DNA of 58,092 nt, filler included, from Sphacelaria rigidula (lineage: Eukaryota), in the NCBI GenBank assembly GCA_964200075.2. It is 6 parts of 6 records of this genome, joined end to end, with 100 filler letters (N's around TTAATTAATTAA, not from the genome) between each part and the next. Parts side by side here need not be neighbours in the genome. Positions count along the whole stretch, not along the records: positions 9,701 to 19,300 come from CAXNAA020008124.1; positions 19,401 to 28,999 come from CAXNAA020008125.1; 4 more parts are not named here. One strand, written 5' to 3'. Of this stretch, positions 13,801-24,749 are shown piece after piece. The notes under the pieces were generated by a model. That model was not told where the DNA came from and made no database searches. It was given only the letters and a program-made list of their open reading frames with translations. Numbering within the stretch: position 1 is the first letter of the stretch; every line of letters begins with the position of its first letter. The translations under genes and the position numbers were made by a program.

Positions 13801-14590
13801 TTGTTTTGTCCACGTATCGCAGGTGAGGATAGACATCGTGAGCGTGACGATCTACCGCCGGGGTATGCAGGTGGCCGAATCGAACCCCTTCTTGGTCGCG
13901 ACCGTCAATGGCCAGGTCGTCCTTCGCACCCCGCCCGTCTTTGGCACCTTCACTCCTGTGTGGACCCCGTCGCAGACATTCCCCGTCTTCTGCAGGAGCG
14001 CGACGCGCATCTGTGAGGTACAGCTGCTCCTGTTTAACGCGAACCCTCTTCCGACGCCGGCGCCAACCGCGGTGCCGAGTCCGACGCCAATGCCGTCGCC
14101 AGCCAACACTCCCGGGAATGGCGGTAACGGGCCCGGAAATGGCGGTAACGGGCCCGGAAACGGCGGTAACGGGCCCGGAAATGGCGGTAACGGGCCCGGA
14201 AATGGCGGTAACGGGCCCGGGAATGGCGGTAACGGGCCTGGAAACGGCGGTGACGCACCGGGGAATAGCGGTGACGCACCCGGGAATAGCGGTGACGCAC
14301 CCGGGAACAGCGGTGACGCACCCGGGAACAGCGGTGACGCACCCGGGAATAGCGGTGACGCGCCCGGGAATAGCGGTGACGCACCTGGGAACAGCGGTGA
14401 CGCACCCGGGAATAGCGGTGACGCACCCGGGAATAGCGGTGACGCACCCGGGAATAGCGGTGACGCACCCGGGAATAGCGGTGACGCACCCGGGAATAGC
14501 GGTGACGCACCTGGGAATAGCGGTGACGCACCCGGGAATAGCGGTAACACACCCGGGAATAGCGGTAACACACCCGGGAATGGCGCTTAA
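10899..14590 (+). CDS. Six-exon gene for a secreted low-complexity protein (about 486 aa): signal peptide, RXL sites, poly-Arg/Gly tract, PT-rich linkers, C2-like beta domain, Gly/Asn/Asp heptad repeats
   Basis: Exons 10899-10980, 11260-11361, 11565-11690, 12634-12789, 13105-13331, 13823-14590. All introns are GTGAG...AG, the phases (1,1,1,1,0) match, and the 1461-nt frame is open. N-terminus MLSTKRLCGCAAGIIFCLALFARSAIA is signal-peptide-like; ends in TAA at 14588-14590. Confidence 0.8.
14111..14587 (+). repeat. Coding 21-bp tandem array: 6x PGNGGNG, 1x PGNGGDA, 13x PGNSGDA, 2x PGNSGNT, then PGNGA
   Basis: cccgggaatagcggtgacgca and cccggaaatggcggtaacggg units; variation within each block is mostly synonymous in this frame. 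Confidence 0.95.
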
Positions 14591-17500
14591 CGGGCCGTAA
14601 ACGGTCTCGAATATCCGCCCACTCCACTTCGAGCAGTAGTACCGTAGTAGGTCTCCTCGCGAAGGTCCTGTTCGGCAAGCGCCAACGGTTTGATTTTCAG
14701 GAGCCTCCGCTGTGTCTTTCCTTGATTCCTGGTGCTGATGGGCGATGGTGGGTACTTGTTCCTGACCGGTGGTCCTGGGTAACTGCACATGTGACGAGAG
14801 ATGAAAATTCGGTGCTGCATGGTGGCCCCAAAAAACCGCAGCGATTTTATCAGGAGTACGTGTAGTGATGGTGCCTGCCTGCGTTTCGGTAGAGTCCTTT
14901 CCGAATGGGTATACGTGTGAAGAGAGGTGAGGATGCGTTGACTGGACGGATGTTGGTCGAAAATGTAGATGGTGGCTTGTATAGCTTAAGATACTGACGG
15001 GTGTTGATCGATAATGTAGATGGTAGCTTGTGTAGCGCAAGATCTGTGGTTGCCGTCACAGAGCAACTTGTGAGATTATAACTGACGAAATGTGTTCAAT
15101 GGGGCATTCACTCCCCCCAAACCCCGCCGCAGTAGCCCCCAGGTGTGCCAGATGATGCGTTGTATGGCCCAAGACGTGGGGATTGTCGTTGGATGATCAT
15201 TGGCGGTACTGTAGCAGAACATACAAGGAAGTCCCGCCCCCCCCCCCCCTTCGGACAAAATTGTCTCCTACGGTCGTGCCGGATGATACGTGGGACCCGA
15301 CTTTGATCATGGCAGTTGTCGTCATTGAACAACTCGTACGGTAGAAACTAATCGGATGCAGTCGACAAGCCTCCGTACCCTTTTCGTCTCGTGGCTGAAT
15401 GTTGCCGCCGGGGCCAGTCGTCGTGGAAACAGTGACGGTTCCACGTGGGTGTGCCATACTCGTCCACCTTGAGGGGACATGAGCTGGAGCGTGTCTGTTC
15501 AACGACGTGAACACGCGATTCATTGCGCTATAGATTTGTGTTACACGACAGTGTCCGAATTGGCTGCTACGTGGCACACGACCCGTGGTATACTTGGCCG
15601 AACTCACAGCTCGCACGCATCGGTTCTTTCATGCCTCGTCAAAACGGGTTCCATCTTTTTGATTATTGACGAGTGGGGTCCGAGCTCGCGTCCTCTTGAT
15701 GTTCCACAGCGAACATTGACTTGGACACCCGTCCGATTGATGAATCTGGAAGAAGAAAGAAGTCGAGTGTCGGTTTCATCAAGTTTTCACAAGGTGCAAG
15801 GACGGGAGGCCCTTCAATTTTTCTGGAGGAACAAACCAGGTCCACAGCAAAAAAAAAAGAGAGAAAGGCAACTGGAACATGAAAGGAAGCGAGAAAGGAC
15901 CCTTCACGTCAAAAACACGAAAAAAACAGCTCATGAAACATGAAAAAAGTCAAAAACATAGGACTGATACGAGGAAAAGGATTAGGTCCTACGAAATCAA
16001 AAGAAACCAGAACGGAATAGGGAAGAACAAATGGAATCTAGACTAGAAATGACCGGACAGAAAGAAAAAAGGACGAGGTCCTGAGGAGGAAATCCTGCTC
16101 CGAAGAAACGAGGCAAACAAATCGCGAAGGCGCCCCCCTCCCCCCGAAAAAAATCAAGATCAAACGTTGCAAGGGTCGGACCAATAATGATTCGTCAGGA
16201 AATTACTTGGTTTTAGTATGATTGGTCGACTCGTGACGAATCAATCCCTAGGCTTGATTTCAGCGTTGCAACCCAGGTACACGAAGCCCAGACCCGTGGA
16301 ATGGCGCAAAAGTTGCGTGGATAGTCCTTGGACCAGCGATCAACATGTTTCTCCCTTTTGGGCAATCAGGTCGAAGACATCGTGAACTTGGTGATTTTGA
16401 GTCGTGATGATTTGTCCTAACCGTGAAACGTTGTGAGGTGAGAAAATAAAGCCGGGAACGATACGTAGTAGATAACCGAGCTCATGATCAACGGAAAAAC
16501 ACGAGTGAAAACAGACCCGAAGAGAGTAGAAAAAAGTACGTACTGAACAGCTGTTCCAATAAAAAGAAAGAAACAGTACTGAACTACTGCTCATTACTAT
16601 ATATAAAAATAAAATACGAATACAAAGCGCTGCTCGCTCCTGTAATGCACCACAAAACAGTCTCCAGCTTTCCTTCGTACAACGTTCATGCTTTTCTCTG
16701 CTTCGCTCGCTCAATGCCATCGACTCGCTCGTCTGGGTCATTTGCTGGTGCTCTTCACTTATTGAAGACTCTCCGCAGTCTTCGTCAAATCACTTCTTTC
16801 GAAACGTTCACCGTCATCGAACACTTGTCGTCTATGCTAAGCGTCGTCAATATCCTCTCCGAATGCAAAACCTACGAGGAAACAAGTTCATAACATCACT
16901 GCGCGACAGAGGGACATGGCGTGCTCGGGCGGGATAGCATACTTGATGCCTTGGCTGGGTGGTGCAGATGCCAAAGGGCGTAGAACCCGTCCACACGGGA
17001 AGCATCAGGCTTTCCAGGACTCTGCTTCCTGGTAGCTTTTGACATTGCTCCATCCTGGGCCTTTGCTCGCTATTTCCAACCATTTTTTTTTGTTTTTTTT
17101 AGATTTGGACTCGCGACGGTGTTTCAGGGTGAGGAGGTGGGGTGTGGGGTTTTCAAAGGTTGGCGTCGCCCCGAGGTCTGGTGTTCAACCAAACTAGGCG
17201 GACCCGTCAGCGGTTGAATATCTCAGGTGGGGCAGGTACCGGTGTGTAGTTCGACCTATGGCGGACTATCTTGCGCGTACGTATTTTGTGTCCTCGCATC
17301 ACCACCTCCAGTCCGCATGCCGTCATGAGTCCTTGCCAACTTTCCATGTACCGTGTACTAGTGCTGCAATTTCCTGCCGTGGCCATCCCGACATTGATAT
17401 CTCACCTTCCGGATCCACCACCAGTTTTACCTCGCATAGGTACTATTCGCGCTGTTCTTCGAGAGGGCCCAGTCCTGCACTCGGTTCTGCTTCGCGAAGG

Positions 17501-17766
17501 TCAGCTTAGATATATGTGTGTTTTTGCGTCGACACGGCAACTCGGGGAAGGGAGCAGCGTGTCAAGCAATGTGCGCTTGGTTCAAGGGGCCAATGAGACG
17601 TGTCCCCACCTGACTTGCGAAGCTCTGACAACATATCCAGCACTCATCCTCCTGGTCTCACGACTGCGTTCTTACCGCGTGGGAGATCTGACGCTTCGGG
17701 GAGGATGCCTTCTTTCATTCACCTGCTCAAATGGGTGACTACCTCCACGCTAAACGCTTCGCCTCT

Positions 17767-17838
17767 GTTCCGCGAATCTTTTGAGGGACACAGCAAGTTA
17801 AGGTTCCGCGAATCTTTTGAGGGGCACAGCAAGTTACG
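17767..17838. repeat. 36-bp tandem duplication
   Basis: gttccgcgaatcttttgaggg(a/g)cacagcaagtta occurs twice, back to back. Confidence 0.85.
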
Positions 17839-18284
17839 CACATTCTGCAGGGGCACTGACTACCCCGTTGACTTGTTTTGACGGCTGCGAAAAATCAACT
17901 GGGGATCGAGAAGCGAGGTCAAGTGCCTGCAGATGCATGTGTATGTGAGCGCAACATTACCTCAATTGTTGGCTAGTTGATCACCTCGCCCCATGGGTCT
18001 ACCGCACGCGCCTACCTGATGGCCGTTTCGCGACCACTTGACCTCTTGGGCCTCCTGCATCGGCATGGCGGCACATCTTGCCTGAGATCTTTCGTGCGTG
18101 TTGAAGAAAGGGAGCGGTCCCGTATCGTGGAAAGGGAGGCGCCTACTGCTAATTTTTCGAGTGCTCGTCATTATTTTGGAACCGCCGGCAGCTCCTCCGC
18201 ATCGATTCCCAGGTATCGCTTTTATTTCGTACTCAGATCGCCTCTCACCCACCGTTTCGGCCGTCGTTTTTCCCCCAGGTCCAA

Positions 18285-19268
18285 CGGTTTTGTGGGGATA
18301 TCAGAAACAGTGGAAGAATTGCACAAACAGATAGACAAGGCGCACGAATACACTACTGTAGGCAATGGAGAGTGACAGCGAACAGCGAATGAGAGTGATG
18401 ACGAATGTGAAAATATGCGCGATACTCGTCGGTAATGAGGATGAGAAAAATACACTGGAGTTTAGGTGGAAGTGGGGAGAAGGGAACTGTCGATTCCAGA
18501 CTAATATACATACCTTGGCTTAAAGATCTCAAAACACTGTTCTTGGGATGCACAAATGAACAAGGTAGTATAAAAGGTAAAGTACAGATAGGAAGGATGA
18601 ACGTGATCCAGACACCAGGATTGAGATGTGTATCCTGACGAACTTGATCGTACCACAGCTGGAATATGCAGGAGGAGCATGGAAGTGGGACGTGAAATTG
18701 GTGACGCAAGCTAGAAAACAGTACAGAGAGCAGCAGCCAAGCAGATGTTTGGGTGCACGGACCTGCCGGAAAGATTAATTGATTGATTGGGTGATTGTCG
18801 CACTTCAACTGACCCCCCAGGGGTCTAGCCGTGGTCTCATGATAGACGTACCCACGAAAAACGAAACTGAAACACGCCCTGAGAAAAAGGGGAGCAGAAA
18901 AGAAAAGGATAACAGTAATCGGAAAGAGAAAGTTGATAGACAAACTACCTCTGTGGCAAAGCAGTCGAGAGCAGAAGTCATAAAGTGGCGCAATGTGAGC
19001 TGTACAAGGAGGAGCAACACGTGCTAGAGGGAAAAATGCGGGACGTGAACGAAGGAGGCATGGAATCGTCTGATGTATTAGCTACGTGAAATATGTTTGC
19101 GCAGAGTATGGGATAAACGTGATGAGCTATGGAAGAAGCGCAATGCGCGCCGGAATGTTGAACGTGTCTCTATATTACGAGTAGGAGCGGTGCTCCGTCT
19201 CGAAAGGGATGCGTGGTCAATGGTCAAACGACCAAGGCAAGCAACAAGTGAGTACGCCCCCCCTCAGA
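18285..19268 (+). mobile_element. Decayed LINE (RT C-terminal part and 3' end) with internal deletions and an inserted short repeat
   Basis: Colinear with the 24885-26254 copy (ggatatcagaaaca..., ctggaatatgcaggag..., gaagtaaacgaagg(t/a)ggcatg..., same 3' terminus); many stops and frameshifts. Confidence 0.8.
18775..18940 (-). mobile_element. Short retroposon-like repeat ending in AAGTGCGACAA-(TCAA)n, inserted in the LINE
   Basis: Reverse complement matches about 24520-24640 (gtacgtct...gaccacggct.ga.ccctggggg.tca.ttgaagtgcgacaatca). Confidence 0.7.
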
Positions 19269-19300
19269 TTCGATTGCACCTGTTCTCCCAAAGGGTCTCC

Positions 19301-19400
19301 NNNNNNNNNNNNNNNNNNNNNNNNNNNNNNNNNNNNNNNNNNNNTTAATTAATTAANNNNNNNNNNNNNNNNNNNNNNNNNNNNNNNNNNNNNNNNNNNN
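19301..19400. other. Artificial contig linker
   Basis: Same N44-TTAATTAATTAA-N44 spacer. Confidence 0.97.
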
Positions 19401-19625
19401 TTCCACCGTGGAAAGCGTGAGAACGTGAGTAAACAAAAGTAGTGGACTGGGTTTGTGTGACGTGAGTTGACGCGGTGCGGGAGTGCTGATCCAATCCGCG
19501 AGATCAAAATGAAAGGCACGTGCCGGGGGAGAGATATATGGGTTTATCCCTTGAGACCACGGACGCATCCCGAGGAAGGGGAGGGGTTCAAAGTGTGAGG
19601 AATTATATATATATATATATATATA
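19401..19625 (+). mobile_element. SINE family B, 3' part, with (TA)n tail
   Basis: caccgtggaaagcgtgagaacgtgagtaaac...gcggtgcgggagtgctgat...cccttgagaccacgg...ggggttcaaagtg matches 20187-20365. Confidence 0.8.
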
Positions 19626-19881
19626 TACACCGGTCGCCCCGGTGGCTCAGTCGGTAACGTTGGTAACGTCGGAACCTTCTGATGGTTGAGACGTGGGTTT
19701 CGAACGTTGGTGAAGTCACACAATGTGGGATTTGTTTTCTCAAATTATTTACTCAACAGTGGAGAGCGACTATGTGGTGGGTATACAAAGTTCGACCTCA
19801 CGGTCGACGAGGGAAATAAACCGCCGAACCTTTGTCGCGATAAATAAGGAAGGCAAGCACCGCAGAAGAAAGATGGAGTGC

Positions 19882-21118
19882 TAAGGGCACTTCTTGTGTT
19901 ATCAAAAAACCATTCGTTGCAGATTAAAAACAGCCGTTTTTTTGTCATCGACCAAGTCTCATGCGGTCAGAAAACGCGTTTTTGTTTTTTAAGATTTCTC
20001 CTAATCACTTTTTTTTGATAACCCGAAGTTAAAGTGTTTGAAATCCCGATGCTCACCAACAGGACTCGCACCTCTTCACATCGCCGCCGCGCCCCGGTGG
20101 TGTAATGGTCCGACTGTCGCCATTAGGGTGGAGAGGACAAGGGTTCGATCCCGACGTGCCGGGTTTTTTTTCGTAGTATGTGATTTTCACCGTGGAAAGC
20201 GTGAGAACGTGAGTAAACTGACGTAAGTTGATGCGGTGCGGGAGTGCTGATAGTCATGACCCAATCCGCGATACCGAAATGCAGGGCGTGTACCGGAGAG
20301 AGACGAGTTGATCCCTTGAGACCACGGGCTCGTCCCGAGAAAGGGGAGGGGTTCAAAGTGCGACAAATAATGAAATAAGGAATGGAAAAAACACCCCGCT
20401 ATAGCATCCATACTGTCTTGGTTGTCCTCAAAACTGCTGCTGCTGTTGCTCGTGGGCAGTCAGCGTGTTAAGTCCTCGTCTTCGCCCGCCTGTAGCGCGA
20501 TGGCCCCGTACCCCATGAAAACAGCACAGGGCAGACAGGGTCGATGGCGAGTACGGTCTGTATGTAGTCCGTACAGTAGTGTAGCGCAAATCAGTTCTGT
20601 GCATGCAGCGTGCTCCCAACGGCTGTCGCCATGCAGTACAGACCGTCCATGCTCCCAAGCCTTGTAGAGACAGGACCGTACTGTATACAAAAGACTATTA
20701 GTTAGTGCTGCTACTTCAGGACTAAAGTCAACACATGCAATGCAGCACTGTCTGCACCGTCTGTTTTCCGTACTGTCCGTGCGGTAAAGTACTACCGCGT
20801 GCAGCGAAAAACCACAACGTCAATTCTACAGTCAGCGAGTAGAGCAAGGCAGTGCCCTCATTAGTAACTAGTCTTGAGTCACGCAGCCCATCATGCATTG
20901 CTCACTCAATATTGCCATACAGTACGGACCGTAGTACACCACGACACAACGACAAAGTGCTGTGTCTCTCTCGCGCGCCCCAGAATTCGAAAACTATGCC
21001 CACACGCCTTGTAGAAAACGATGATAACTGCTTTCCCGATTTTGATAACGTTCTGAAAGCCTGTTGGAAGACGTGTTTTTTTTATGAACGGCTTTTGGGC
21101 ACATGAGAAGTGGCCTTA
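19882..21118. mobile_element. Non-autonomous DNA transposon with TAAGG...CCTTA termini (Kolobok- or Harbinger-like)
   Basis: Left taagggcacttcttgtgt; right end reverse complement taaggccacttctcatgt. It interrupts SINE A; its interior resembles that of 53394-54406. Confidence 0.65.
20085..20375 (+). mobile_element. Full-length tRNA-derived SINE family B
   Basis: A-box ggtggtgtaatgg, B-box gggttcgatccc, conserved body, 3' end ggggttcaaagtgcgacaaataa. Further copies or fragments at about 21318-21395(-), 23833-24170, 24655-24725(-), 26835-26905(-), 37300-37550. Confidence 0.8.
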
Positions 21119-22421
21119 AAGAGATAGAAAAAAGAGTCTTGTGCTGGCGTTCCTCCTGTGTAACCCCGGATGATGCGCTAAGATATACGGAAAGGTGTAG
21201 ACCGCCATCCGGAAGAAATGGATAGCAACAACCAATAATTACAACAACAATAATGGAGAGTATCGGAAAAGTGTTTTTTTTCGCATTTTTCAGGAATATA
21301 TATATATATATATATATTGTTTCCTCCCACTTCGAACCCCTCCCCTTCCTCGAGATGAGTCCGTGGTCTCAAGGGATCAACCCATCTCTCCCCCGGTCGG
21401 AAGGCAAAAAAGCCGGTTACGGTATATTTTCCATCACAAAGAAAACTTCAGCATCAACTTTTCAGTGTCAGAGCCCTGTCTGGAGCACTCCGTCAGTACA
21501 GTACTGAAATCCGACGTGCCTTTCCAGCCTTCAGTACGGAACGCGAAGGAACCACCCCCACCCCCACCACCACTGTCACAGCCACAGTTCACGATCAATA
21601 TACCCGAACAAGGAACGTGGGGTATCACAAGTGTCATGCTATCACAGAGGACCAGCCACGAAGTAGCACCGCTGGGCATCGCGAACGTAGCACCGCCTCG
21701 GCTGGAAGAAGACCGCGTGAACGACTCGTAGTCTACAGCGCACAAGTGGTGCTGCATCTGGCTGCACTGGCATTCCGCGTGAGAGGTCATGATGTCTCGC
21801 ACCACCGTTATGTGTGGCATGTTGGAAAATCGTTGATTGTTGTTTAATGCGGCTTCGTCTGTTCTTCGGAAGTGCGGTCGTGCTGTCTGTACGGGTGTCG
21901 CTGTAGTTGATGGTACCGCATTACTGCACGGTTCTGCATTGCACTGTCTTGCACCCTTCTGTGTACTGTCCTGTACTGTATACTGCACGGCACTGCAGTG
22001 CAGTGAAGTCGTGCGAGTGCAGTGAAGCATCGATTGCGTCACGGGACGGTGCGGTGCCGCAGGGTACGGCACAATACAACAATATTTTACCGTCTGTGTT
22101 ACAGACTCGCTATGGTGCAGTGCTGTGCTGATCTAGGCATTTTCAACCGAACGCGGGTCAATCGCACATTTGGCGGGGCAACCTGTGGCCAATCACTGCG
22201 AACAATGAAGTAACGTCAAGCCACGTCACGTCAGATTCCGTCCTTTAGTTTTCACTTTCAATTCTCAAGTTTTTGAAAGCTTCTACTCTGAAGTTCTTCC
22301 ATTCTGATCGTGAAATGATTTGATTTCCCACAAAACTCTCCAGTAGCAATAATTGAAATGGGTTGACGATAATTACAATGGGATCGCAGCACGCATCACA
22401 GTAGGAATCCCGATCAGCATA

Positions 22422-23322
22422 CAGTAGTCAGCGTCAGAAATATGCAGAATTCGTAATTTCTTAGTTTCCCAAAGATTTCCCAGATTTGTTTCGCTTGCCA
22501 TCGCTCATCACAGTGATTGTTGGATGCCAAAAAATGGCCATCTGCAGATATTTTGATACTCTTGACAAATATGGAAAGAAACAATATCCGCGATCAATTT
22601 TGAGTGATTTACGGTCTTCACCGATCTTCGGGGGTCCTGCGAAAGTGCAACCCCAGGTTCTAGCTTCTCGATGTTTTCGGTGGACCGACTCGATCCCGAT
22701 CATGTAAGTGAAGACTCGATATTTTTTTAGATTCCACCTATTCACTGCGCCAAAGCCGGAAAACTGTGTTTCGTGGACCATTCACGGTCAATAACACCCT
22801 CCTGATAAACGGGGTCTTTTCTCCGTATCGCCCCCACAACACCAGCTTGGGCATTGCGATTTTAGCACGGTCTGCTTATTTTGCCAAAACTATCGACGCT
22901 AGCACTTTCGAGTGCTCATGGGAAATGTTGTGCGAAAAAACTCCGAAAAAAGGCCATTCGCAGAAAATGCTTGACTGAGGTCTGTGCAGCATAGGAGGGA
23001 AAGACGATCTCGATCGTTACTTTGAAGAATTGTATGCGTATTCATTTATCTGGATATTCACCGTTTCGTTGCGGAAGAGCTGGAAAACTGTTTTTATTGG
23101 ATCAAAAACGATCAATGACACCCTCCTAATAAACAGGGTATCTATTATAGTCCGTATCGCTCCAAAAACACCAACTCGGGCACTGCAGTTTGAGCGCGTC
23201 CTACGATTTCCCCTAAATTTACCGGCGCTAGCGCTTTCAAGTAGTAATGAAGGATAATAATCGAGAAGAATTCAAAAACTACAACAACTGCGGATTCTGA
23301 AAACTTCTGATGCTGACTACTA
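22422..23322. mobile_element. About 900-bp Tc1/mariner-type MITE (CAGTAGT termini, TA flanks) with an internally duplicated ~200-bp module
   Basis: TA|cagtagtcagcgtcagaa ... ttctgatgctgactacta|TA. Module ggaaaactgt...caat(a/g)acaccctcct(g/a)ataaac.ggg...ccgtatcgc at about 22757 and again at about 23080. Confidence 0.7.
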
Positions 23323-24749
23323 TAGTAACGATTACTTCATGTCTGGCGCCCACTGCCATACAATTACTTCATATTAGTACTCGTGTAGCGGATCGGAGTT
23401 GTGGGGCACATGGTTTTGACCGCACTACAGCGGGATTGCCGCAGTATCTTTTTCTCTGTACCACATCCAGTAGTATTGTTAGGACCTATGCAAACGTATC
23501 GTCGTGTCCAGCTTCGAACCACACGAAAACTCTCACATGACCATCGCTGAACCGGTTGAGAAACAGAAGAAGACACGTGAATATCGACACTCGCGCGAGT
23601 ACTACCGCCAGTCACCTGGAGAAGTCTTGGGGAAATGAATCATTGGTATGGCTGGCCGTGGTGGCTGACAACATCAATATTTCATCTCTCGAAGAGAAGA
23701 TGCGACGGCGAGCGCGGCGGGAGGGGGAGGGAGAAGAGGGGAGGGCATACGCGACGATGGTTTCATCCAGCCTTACCATTTGTGGATAAAGACTCTTACG
23801 AAGTATAAAAATGGGCTAGAATGACGTCCATAACCGCCGCACGCCGGTGGCTTCAAACTGGGCGCACTATTGCTAATATAGTAGCCAGTGAGGCGGAAGG
23901 TTGCTCGTTCGAAATTCCGACATAAAGATCCGATCTTTGTGAGTAGAATCTGTTTTTTTGTTTTTTGCCGTCTTCGAAGACGTGAGGATGCGAATGATGA
24001 CGGAACTTCGCCGCGCTTGGAGTCGACGCGGTGCGCAGGAGTGCCGATCCAATTTCACGACTGCACGAATGTCGGACAAATCATGTTCTACCGGTGAAGA
24101 GGAGCGATAGGTTGATTGACCGCTTAGAAGGACCGCTTCGTCCCGAGGAAATGGAGGGGCTACAAATACAAAGTATGAAGCGAAACAAAAAAATGCACAG
24201 TGCGAGATCCCGTTATAGTGCGGCCATACCAAGCCTTCGGGCCGACGACGCACTGCACTATACCGGGACCCCGACGGTAGTGGTCCAGCCCTTATATTTC
24301 AGCACGTGCTCCCGTCGGTGACAAGCGTCATTAGATGTGCGCGCAAAAGAGAGGCAGCCTTGGAAAACGTCACACCTATGTTTTTTCGTTATTTCGGCGC
24401 ATACTGTATGAGGAACCCTCGACCAGCAGCTCGGGCTGTCATTATTTAAATCTATGTCATCTTCGTTTTTTTATTTTTTCACGTCTTGGTCTACTATATT
24501 GTTCTGGTCTACCTTTTCTGTTTTGTTTTTTTTTCTTCAGCGAGTGTTTCAGTTTTGTTTTTTTTGTCTCGAGTACGTCTGTCATGCGACCACGGCTTGA
24601 TCCCTGGGGGGGTCATTTGAAGTGCGACAATCAATCAATCTTTTTTTTTTTGCCCCACTTTTTACTGCTTCCCTTCCTCGAGACGACTTCGTGGTCTCGA
24701 GGAAGCGATTAATTCTTCTCTCCCGTGGTACTATGTTGATGTTTTACAA

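Larger units (their letters stand above)
19630..21252 (+). mobile_element. tRNA-derived SINE family A split by an insertion (5' half 19630-19884, 3' half about 21120-21252)
   Basis: Head ccggtcgccccggtggctcagtcggta with A-box and B-box-like gggtttcgaac. The two halves together reproduce the intact copy at 37874-38237, including gaaaggtgtagaccg and the CAA-rich tail. Confidence 0.8.

Noticed and set aside
14111-14587. CRISPR-like array
   Set aside because: Units abut with no unique spacers, lie in a coding frame, and no cas genes are present; the context is eukaryotic.
13703-15040. 445-aa minus-strand ORF and other overlapping ORFs (PGCVTAI, PLFPGAS, RVRHRYS repeats)
   Set aside because: Alternative-frame and antisense shadows of the stop-free 21-bp array. 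Only the PGNSGDA frame connects to a spliced gene and shows mainly synonymous variation.
20085-20162. tRNA gene (likewise at 19630, 37300, 37874, and a B-box near 52280)
   Set aside because: A and B boxes are present but there is no convincing cloverleaf, and the main examples continue into a shared repeat body and tail: SINE heads.
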